Origin: Alphaproteobacteria bacterium
GTDB taxonomy: Bacteria; Pseudomonadota; Alphaproteobacteria; RF32; CAG-239
DNA: 64,000 nucleotides
Direction: 5' to 3'
Assembly (NCBI GenBank): GCA_017467515.1
Contig: JAFUSU010000028.1
Location: 128,399 to 192,398, forward strand
A program made the position numbers and the translations under genes. Positions 57,508 through 64,000 of the stretch are shown here, piece by piece; positions within the stretch are counted from its first letter, which is position 1; every line of letters starts with the position of its first letter. The notes beneath the pieces were generated by a model. That model was not told the DNA's origin. It worked only from the letters and a program-made list of their open reading frames with translations, and did not search any database.

Positions 57508-58248
57508 ATGAAATATTCTAAGCTGTTAATGATTTCTGTCTGCGTGAGTTGTTTGCTTTCGGCTTGTGCCGGAGATAAAAAAGAGCCGGAAAACGTTGAG
57601 GAACTGTATAATAAAGCCTATACGCAACTTGAAGATACGTCATATAAAAAAGCGGCCAAGAGTTTTGAACAGGTTGAACTGGAATATCCTTATTCAAAGT
57701 GGGCCGTTAAAGCTAAATTGATGAGTGCCTATGCGTATTATAAAGATAACGCTTATGATGATGCTATTATCAGTTTGGATAGGTTTATTCAATTTCACCC
57801 CGGCAACAAAGACATAGCCTATGCTTACTACCTGAAAGCATTATGTTACTACAATCAAATAACCGGTGTTGAAAAAGATCAAAGCATTACGGCAAAAGCT
57901 CTTGATGCTTTAAATAATGTTGTTATGCGTTTCCCTGATACGGATTATGCAAAAGATGCACGGGCAAAAATTGATTTGACTTTAGATCACTTAGCCGGAA
58001 AAGAAATGGATGTGGGACGCTATTATTTGAAACAAAAGAATTATTTGTCAGCACTCAATCGTTTTTCTGAAGTTGTTACAAAATATCAAACAACATCACA
58101 TATTGAAGAGGCTCTCTATCGACAAGTCGAAATCTATTCTATCATGGGCTTGAATGATGAAGCAGGAAAATCAGCACAAGTACTGATTTATAATTATCCG
58201 GATAGTCAGTGGAGTAAGAGTGCCAAAGAGTTAGTCGCTAAAAAATAA
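57508..58248 (+). CDS. bamD: Outer membrane protein assembly factor BamD (YfiO)
   Basis: Lipobox LLSAC, TPR-like repeats; conserved lpxC-bamD-recN order. Confidence 0.85.
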   Translation: MKYSKLLMISVCVSCLLSACAGDKKEPENVEELYNKAYTQLEDTSYKKAAKSFEQVELEYPYSKWAVKAKLMSAYAYYKDNAYDDAIISLDRFIQFHPGNKDIAYAYYLKALCYYNQITGVEKDQSITAKALDALNNVVMRFPDTDYAKDARAKIDLTLDHLAGKEMDVGRYYLKQKNYLSALNRFSEVVTKYQTTSHIEEALYRQVEIYSIMGLNDEAGKSAQVLIYNYPDSQWSKSAKELVAKK

Positions 58249-58254
58249 GGTTTT

Positions 58255-59922
58255 TTGCCGATGCTGCTTTCTTTATCAATTCGCAATGTGGTATTAATAG
58301 ATAAACTGGACTTGGATTTCAAGTCCGGTTTAAGCGTTTTGACGGGAGAAACCGGTGCCGGAAAATCTATTTTGCTGGATTCTTTAGGGCTGTTACTTGG
58401 AAATAGAGCAGAAACAGGATTAATCAGACAAGGTGAAGACAAACTGAGTGTGACGGGAATTTTTACAAAACCTGCCGATAAACAGTTTTCTGAACTTCTT
58501 GAAAATTATGATTTGGAAGCAGATGATGAACTCATTATAAAGCGTTTACTGAGCAGAGACGGCAAAAATAAAATATTTTTTAACGATCAACCGCTATCTG
58601 CAAAGGTACTTAAAGAAATAGGACATTTTTTGGTTGAGGTTCACGGTCAATTTGATAATCAGGGACTTCTCAATCCGGCTAATCATTTGGATATTTTGGA
58701 TTCATACGGCCGTTATCAAGAAAATTTGCGAGTTACGGCAGAAGCTTTTGCAAATTATAAGCAGGCCAAAAAAGAGCGAGTGACTGCCGAACAAAATATA
58801 GCCCAAGCTAAAACGGATGAAGATAACTTGCGCCATTGGGTTGCAGAACTCAGACAACTGAATATCGTTGAAAATGAAGAAGAAAATTTAATGCAACGGC
58901 GGCAAGAGCTGATGAATGCGGAAAAGATCGTTGACAGTATAAATTATGCTTATGGGGCTTTAACACAAGGCGCAGACGTGTCTGGAGCATTAAGGCAGGC
59001 TCAAAATGCCGTCGATAAAGTTAATTTGCTGGTGAACGACAAATACAAATCTTTGGCCGAAATGCTGGAACAAGCGGCTATTGATGTGAATGAAAGTATT
59101 AATGAATTAGAAGATTTGGCTTCTCATATTTCAATGAATCAAAGCGAGCAGGAAAATATTGAAGAACGTCTATTTGCTCTGCGTGCAATGGCAAGAAAGC
59201 ATCAGGTATCAATAAATGATTTACCCAGCGTGTTAGTTGATTTTGAAAATAAATTATCAGCTATTGAATATGGTGAAGACAAATTGAAAAAACTCAGCGC
59301 AGCCGAGGTTGAAGCTAAGAATGAGTACATAAAACAAGCGAAAGCTTTAAGTTTGAAAAGACAAGAAACAGCTCAAAACTTAGATGCACAGGTGATGGCT
59401 GAATTGTTACCTCTTAAAATGGAAAAAGCCAAATTTGTCACGATGATTTCGCAGACAGAAGAAGATAATTGGAGTGCAAAAGGATATGATACGGCTGTTT
59501 TTACGGTATCAACAAATCCGAATTCTCCGCAAGGACCTTTAAATAAAATTGCATCGGGCGGAGAATTAGCACGCTTTATGCTTGCTCTAAAAGTTAATTT
59601 AGCGCAAAGCGCATCAATCGGAACAATGATTTTTGATGAAGTTGATGCCGGTGTCGGTGGCGCAACGGCACAAGCGGTCGGTGAAAGATTGGCCCGTTTG
59701 GCTGAAAAAGTTCAAGTTTTGGTCGTAACACATTCGCCACAAGTAGCCGCCCGAGGAAACAACCATTTTAAAGTGGCAAAACACACAACCGATAATATAA
59801 CAACAACTACCGTAACGGAATTAAACGAAAAAGCCCGTCACGAAGAAATTGCACGCATGCTGGCCGGAGAGGTCATTACCGATGAAGCTCGTGCCGCTGC
59901 AAAAGTTTTGATAGAAAAGTAA
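58255..59922 (+). CDS. recN: DNA repair protein RecN
   Basis: Walker A GETGAGKSIL, long coiled coil, C-terminal signature/Walker B (SGGELAR ... IFDEVDAG(V/I)GG). Confidence 0.95.
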   Translation: MPMLLSLSIRNVVLIDKLDLDFKSGLSVLTGETGAGKSILLDSLGLLLGNRAETGLIRQGEDKLSVTGIFTKPADKQFSELLENYDLEADDELIIKRLLSRDGKNKIFFNDQPLSAKVLKEIGHFLVEVHGQFDNQGLLNPANHLDILDSYGRYQENLRVTAEAFANYKQAKKERVTAEQNIAQAKTDEDNLRHWVAELRQLNIVENEEENLMQRRQELMNAEKIVDSINYAYGALTQGADVSGALRQAQNAVDKVNLLVNDKYKSLAEMLEQAAIDVNESINELEDLASHISMNQSEQENIEERLFALRAMARKHQVSINDLPSVLVDFENKLSAIEYGEDKLKKLSAAEVEAKNEYIKQAKALSLKRQETAQNLDAQVMAELLPLKMEKAKFVTMISQTEEDNWSAKGYDTAVFTVSTNPNSPQGPLNKIASGGELARFMLALKVNLAQSASIGTMIFDEVDAGVGGATAQAVGERLARLAEKVQVLVVTHSPQVAARGNNHFKVAKHTTDNITTTTVTELNEKARHEEIARMLAGEVITDEARAAAKVLIEK

Positions 59923-59933
59923 AGGAAAGACAA

Positions 59934-61376
59934 ATGAAAGTAAGAACCAGATTCGCACCAAGCCCGACCGGTTATATGCACATAGGAAATTTAAGAACGG
60001 CACTTTATGAATATCTGATAGCGAAGGCATCAGGTGGTGATTTTGTGTTGCGTATTGAGGATACAGATCAAAAACGCTATGTTGAAGGGGCGACAGATAT
60101 TATATACGCAACATTGAAACGGGTCGGGATGTTATGGGATGAAGGCCCTGATATCGGGGGTGAATACGGACCTTATGTTCAATCTGAGCGTAAGCCGATT
60201 TATGCGGAATATGCTCATAAATTGGTAGACTTAGGCGGAGCTCATTATTGTTTTTGCGCCGATACCAGTGATGAAGATGAAGAAAATGGAGAGGAAGATT
60301 TAGCCTCTAAGTTTGCTAAATTTAAGGATCCGTGTAAATTTATCAGTAAAGAAGAAGCCCGTGAACGAATAGCCAAAGGTGAAAAATTTACGGTTCGTCA
60401 AACCATTAATAAAACAGGTAAGTCAAAATTCCATGACGTCGTTTATGGTGATATCGAAATTGATTATGATGAATTAGACGAAGGTGTTTTGCTTAAATCT
60501 GACGGAATGCCGACTTATAATTTTGCAAATGTGATTGATGATCATTTAATGGAAATTTCTCACGTTGTTCGCGGTAATGAATATATTTCATCAACACCGA
60601 AATACAATTTGATATATGAGGCTTTCGGGTGGACACCGCCGATTTATGTACACGTTCCTCCGGTTATGAAAGATGCTCAACACAAGTTAAGTAAACGCAA
60701 TGGTGATGCTTCTTTCCAAGATTTGGTCGCTAAAGGATACTTGCCTGAAGCTATTTTGAATTATATTGCCTTGCTTGGCTGGAATCCGGGAACAGAACAA
60801 GAAATCTTTTCTCTTGAGGAGTTGAAGAAATGTTTTACGGCAGAGCGTTTGCACCAATCTCCTGCTATTTTTGACGGAGTTAAACTAAAGTGGATGAATG
60901 GCCAGTATCTGCGTAATTTAAGTGCTGATGAATTTCATAAACAAGCATTTCCTTATTATAAAAAAGCCCTAACACGTCAGGTTAACCTTGAAGCTTTAAG
61001 CAAAGTTTTGCAACCGCGTATTGAAACTTTGCAGGATATTGTAGACAATGTTGATTTTATAGAAAACTTGCCGACCTATGGAAATGAGTTGTTTATCAAT
61101 AAAAAAATGAAAACAGATGAAACCGTAGCCAAACAAGGTTTAGAATATGCACTGGAAGCTTTGAAAGAGCAAAAAGAATGGACTAATGAAGCCTTGTTTG
61201 AATGCTTAAAAGGATTGGCCTCGACTAAGGAGATGAAAAACGGTCAGATTTTATATCCGGTGCGGATAGCCCTGAGCGGAAAAGAAACAACCCCCGGTGG
61301 TGCAACGGAATTGGCTGTTGTTCTTGGTAAAGAAGAAACTATTCGCCGCATAGAAATGGCTCTCAGCCAGTTGTAA
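59934..61376 (+). CDS. gltX: Glutamate--tRNA ligase
   Basis: Class I HIGH variant (SPTGYMHIGN) and KMSKS (KLSKRNGD). Confidence 0.95.
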   Translation: MKVRTRFAPSPTGYMHIGNLRTALYEYLIAKASGGDFVLRIEDTDQKRYVEGATDIIYATLKRVGMLWDEGPDIGGEYGPYVQSERKPIYAEYAHKLVDLGGAHYCFCADTSDEDEENGEEDLASKFAKFKDPCKFISKEEARERIAKGEKFTVRQTINKTGKSKFHDVVYGDIEIDYDELDEGVLLKSDGMPTYNFANVIDDHLMEISHVVRGNEYISSTPKYNLIYEAFGWTPPIYVHVPPVMKDAQHKLSKRNGDASFQDLVAKGYLPEAILNYIALLGWNPGTEQEIFSLEELKKCFTAERLHQSPAIFDGVKLKWMNGQYLRNLSADEFHKQAFPYYKKALTRQVNLEALSKVLQPRIETLQDIVDNVDFIENLPTYGNELFINKKMKTDETVAKQGLEYALEALKEQKEWTNEALFECLKGLASTKEMKNGQILYPVRIALSGKETTPGGATELAVVLGKEETIRRIEMALSQL

Positions 61377-61383
61377 AATAAAA

Positions 61384-61418
61384 GAAATCCCTCTTGTTTC
61401 AGTCAAGAGGGATTTTTT
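61384..61418 (+). terminator. Rho-independent terminator after gltX
   Basis: aaatccctcttg-tttcagtc-aagagggattt + T7. Confidence 0.8.
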
Positions 61419-61826
61419 TATTGAGCCGATTGGATATATGGAAGATTATGCCTCGCATATTTGGACTGGGTCATCTTTAAAGATAGCCAATGTGAGTTTT
61501 TTCTTATATGCATTATTTTGCACATCGTGTTTTAATCTCAAAAAAATATATTTGGACTACTTAATAAAAAATTTTTTGCTATTTTTTGAAAATTTCCATG
61601 CATTTATAGCAGCTTAAAAAGCAGAAACAAGACGTATGAGGTTAGTCACATAATAATATGAAAGATAAAGATAGAATTTTCTGCTCTTTAAGCTAAATTT
61701 AACATAACATAAATGAATCAACTGTCAAGATATATTTTAAACACAATACATTTATAGGTTGTATTGCTGCCAAGATGCAAAAAAAAGACCCGCTGTACGC
61801 AGGCCTTGTAAATTTTTGGTATTACG

Positions 61827-63107
61827 TTACGCGTTTTTACCGATTTTTGTTTTTCCGCCCATATAAGGTTGCAACTTAGCCGGAATATTAACCGTACCAT
61901 CAGCATTTTGATGACATTCAATAAACGGAACCAAAGCACGAGGTGTCGCAATACCCGTGTTGTTCAACGTATGAGCGAATTTAACTTTACCGTCTGTGTT
62001 GTCACGATAACGCAAATTCGTGCGTCTGGCTTGCCAATCGGTAATATTAGAGCAAGAGTGTGTTTCGCGATAGCAGTTTTGAGAGGGTACCCAAGCTTCC
62101 AAATCGTATTGACGATATTTAGGCGCGCCCATATCGCCGGTGCAAATATCCAAAACCTGATAAGGCAATTCCAAATCTTGTAAAACTTCTTCGGATAGAC
62201 TGAGCAATTTTTGGTGCCATTTTTCACTTTCGTTAATGTCATTTTTGCAAATAACAAATTGTTCGGTTTTCAAAAATTGGTGAACACGAACTAAACCGCG
62301 GGTATCTTTACCGGCGGCACCGGCTTCACGGCGGAAACAGGGAGAAAATCCGGCATAAGTAATCGGTAAATCGTTTTCGTTCAAAATTTCATCAGCGTGT
62401 AGAGAGTTCAAAACCAATTCTGCCGTCCCTGACAGATATAAATCATCGGCAGGCATATAATAAATTTCATCACCTGAAAAAGGAAGATATCCCATACCAT
62501 ACAAAGGTTTTTGCTTAGCTAAAGACGGAACGGTAATGGTGGTAAAGCCGTGAGCGGCGAGTTTATCCAAAACAAGCATATGAATAGCTAATTCTAAGCG
62601 AGATAATTCGTTTTTAATGGCATAAGTACGAGCACCGGAAACTTTAGTAATACGTTCCATCTCGCCCCAATCATTAATTTCCATCAACTCAATATGATCA
62701 CGCGGGGTAAAGTCAAACTTCGGCAGGTCCCCGACTTTGCGGATAACAACATTACCGCTTTCGTCAGGACCTTGTGGGGCTTGCGGACTTGGTAAATTCG
62801 GCATTCTGAGCATCATATCATCGAATTTTGCTTGCAAGTCATCTAATTCAGCGAGCTCTTTTTTTAATTCTTCGCCGACTTCTTTACTTTTAGCAATAAT
62901 AGCCGGACGTTCTTCAGCAGTTGCAGATTTAATAGAGTTGCTGAGTTTATTTTTTTCTTCAGCCAATGCCTGAGAAGATGTCTTGAGTTTCGTCAATTGG
63001 GAGTGTACTGATATTAATTTATCCAAATCTATATTGGTGTAACCTTTCTTGTCCAAGCCTTCACGGACAAGTTGTTTATTTTCGATTATAAATTTAATAT
63101 CAAGCAT
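61827..63107 (-). CDS. serS: Serine--tRNA ligase
   Basis: N-terminal coiled-coil arm, class II motifs (..FRRE.G..G.DTRGL.R.HQF.K.E). Confidence 0.95.
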   Translation of the reverse strand: MLDIKFIIENKQLVREGLDKKGYTNIDLDKLISVHSQLTKLKTSSQALAEEKNKLSNSIKSATAEERPAIIAKSKEVGEELKKELAELDDLQAKFDDMMLRMPNLPSPQAPQGPDESGNVVIRKVGDLPKFDFTPRDHIELMEINDWGEMERITKVSGARTYAIKNELSRLELAIHMLVLDKLAAHGFTTITVPSLAKQKPLYGMGYLPFSGDEIYYMPADDLYLSGTAELVLNSLHADEILNENDLPITYAGFSPCFRREAGAAGKDTRGLVRVHQFLKTEQFVICKNDINESEKWHQKLLSLSEEVLQDLELPYQVLDICTGDMGAPKYRQYDLEAWVPSQNCYRETHSCSNITDWQARRTNLRYRDNTDGKVKFAHTLNNTGIATPRALVPFIECHQNADGTVNIPAKLQPYMGGKTKIGKNA

Positions 63108-63206
63108 TTTTATTTTTCCTATTTTATTACTATAATTTAATATGTTTCAAAACTGCGAAACATTAGTGAATGTAGCAGATTATCTTAAAAAGACAATCAA
63201 ATTTTT

Positions 63207-64000
63207 TTAGAAGTTCCCTGAATTTTCGGGGTATTTGATTTTTCTTAAATATCTCGGGTTTTTACCAAGACGAGAGAGAACTTCATAACTGATGGTTTGG
63301 GCATCTCTTGCAATATCATCAAGTGTGTAATATTCAGAGATAATATCAGCCATATCGCCCGTTTGTAAATTATCAATATCCGTCACATCGCAAATGATAT
63401 TGTCCATTGAAATACGTCCTAAAATTCGCGCTTCATGGAGTTTATCACACATATTAAAAAAGACTTTTCCCGTGTTGGAAAGTGAGCGTGGAATTCCATC
63501 GCCATAGCCGATGGAAACAATCGCAATTTTGCGGTTAGAGGTAGCTCGATAAGTTGCAGAATACCCCACAAATTCGCCCTTAGGCAAGGAGGCAATTTCT
63601 AAAACCGGTGCCTGCACTTTGACAACAGGCATCATCTGATTTTCACGATATGGTGCTGTGTTAATCCCATACATCGCTGCCCCTAAACGGACAATGTCAA
63701 ATTGATAATCTTGACCTAAAAATGTGCCGTCGGAAGCGGAAAGGGTTGCCTCAGATTTAGGAAAATAAGTATCCTTAAGATAAACAAACATATCCAACTG
63801 ATGTTGATTCATAAAATGATCTTTCTCATCGGCACAAGCTAAATGTGACAGGACGACTGAAAATTCGTATAAATCTTCTTTACTCATCTGTGTTAAATCG
63901 GCTTCTCTGAAGCCAAGACGATTTAAGCCTGTTTCAATCTGAATAGCGGGTTTGATACCGCTGATACGATGTTGTTTCCAAAATTCAAACATTTGCGGAG
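63207..64000 (-). CDS. alr: Alanine racemase, N-terminus beyond window end
   Basis: C-terminal Alr blocks: VGYSATYRA...IVSIGYGDG(I/Y)PR...GRISMDNIICDVTD...SYEVL(S/C)RLG; PLP region SHLACADE. Confidence 0.8.
   Translation of the reverse strand, partial: PQMFEFWKQHRISGIKPAIQIETGLNRLGFREADLTQMSKEDLYEFSVVLSHLACADEKDHFMNQHQLDMFVYLKDTYFPKSEATLSASDGTFLGQDYQFDIVRLGAAMYGINTAPYRENQMMPVVKVQAPVLEIASLPKGEFVGYSATYRATSNRKIAIVSIGYGDGIPRSLSNTGKVFFNMCDKLHEARILGRISMDNIICDVTDIDNLQTGDMADIISEYYTLDDIARDAQTISYEVLSRLGKNPRYLRKIKYPENSGNF

Noticed and set aside
63207-63992. Initial impression of a SurE-like 5'-nucleotidase from gene size and position
   Set aside because: Reading the translation shows alanine racemase C-terminal blocks (VGYSATY..., SIGYGDG.PR, GRISMDNIICDVTD, SYEVLSRLG) and the PLP-region motif SHLACADE; the gene continues beyond the window end.
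1-64000. Looked for rRNA genes, CRISPR arrays, IS transposase genes and integrases
   Set aside because: No 16S/23S/5S-like stretches, no repeat-spacer arrays and no transposase or recombinase-like translations were seen; the only mobile-element-like signature is the integrase-less tRNA-Thr hotspot.

Overview
The window is AT-rich (roughly 35-40% GC by eye) alphaproteobacterial chromosome; gene content and local synteny (lpxC-bamD-recN, flgB-flgC-fliE, fliL-fliM, uvrA/ssb neighbourhood) fit a Rhizobiales-like reduced genome of the Liberibacter or Bartonella kind, but the species cannot be fixed from sequence alone. Recognised housekeeping genes: fba (5'-truncated), uvrA, ssb, rpe, phoB-type response regulator, M16 peptidase, tgt, a LOG-family protein, rsmB, flgB/flgC/fliE, rlmH, murA, CNNM/TlyC-type transporter, hsp20, uvrB, fliL/fliM plus MotE-like genes, lemA with a DUF3137 protein, dtd, a Bat aerotolerance-type cluster (DUF4381-batA-batB-batD), a broken dcw cluster (mraZ-rsmH-ftsL-ftsI), RNase P RNA, lpxC, bamD, recN, gltX, serS and alr (truncated at the window end). 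Most notable accessory structure: an intact tRNA-Thr(GGU) at 26740-26814 (minus strand) sits at the right edge of a ~4 kb hotspot (about 23060-27010) made of repeated att-like copies of the tRNA 3' end with its terminator, a recurring ~65-bp leader upstream of orphan cargo genes (one an HExxH putative zinc metalloprotease), tandem GC-rich tRNA-derived repeat units and a scrambled pseudo-tRNA; no integrase is present in the window. Other candidate novelties: a translationally coupled ParB/Srx-fold protein plus CgeB-like glycosyltransferase pair downstream of murA; tgt translationally coupled to a LOG-family protein with a long C-terminal extension; a 14-bp AU-rich anti-SD/SD hairpin (putative RNA thermometer) in front of hsp20; rnpB lying between the divergent mraZ and lpxC genes beside a 10-bp-phased ATGGN repeat array (putative MraZ boxes); several ORFan secreted or low-complexity proteins. 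No rRNA genes or CRISPR arrays were seen. All functional calls are motif recognition by eye on the ORF-track translations; no searches were run.
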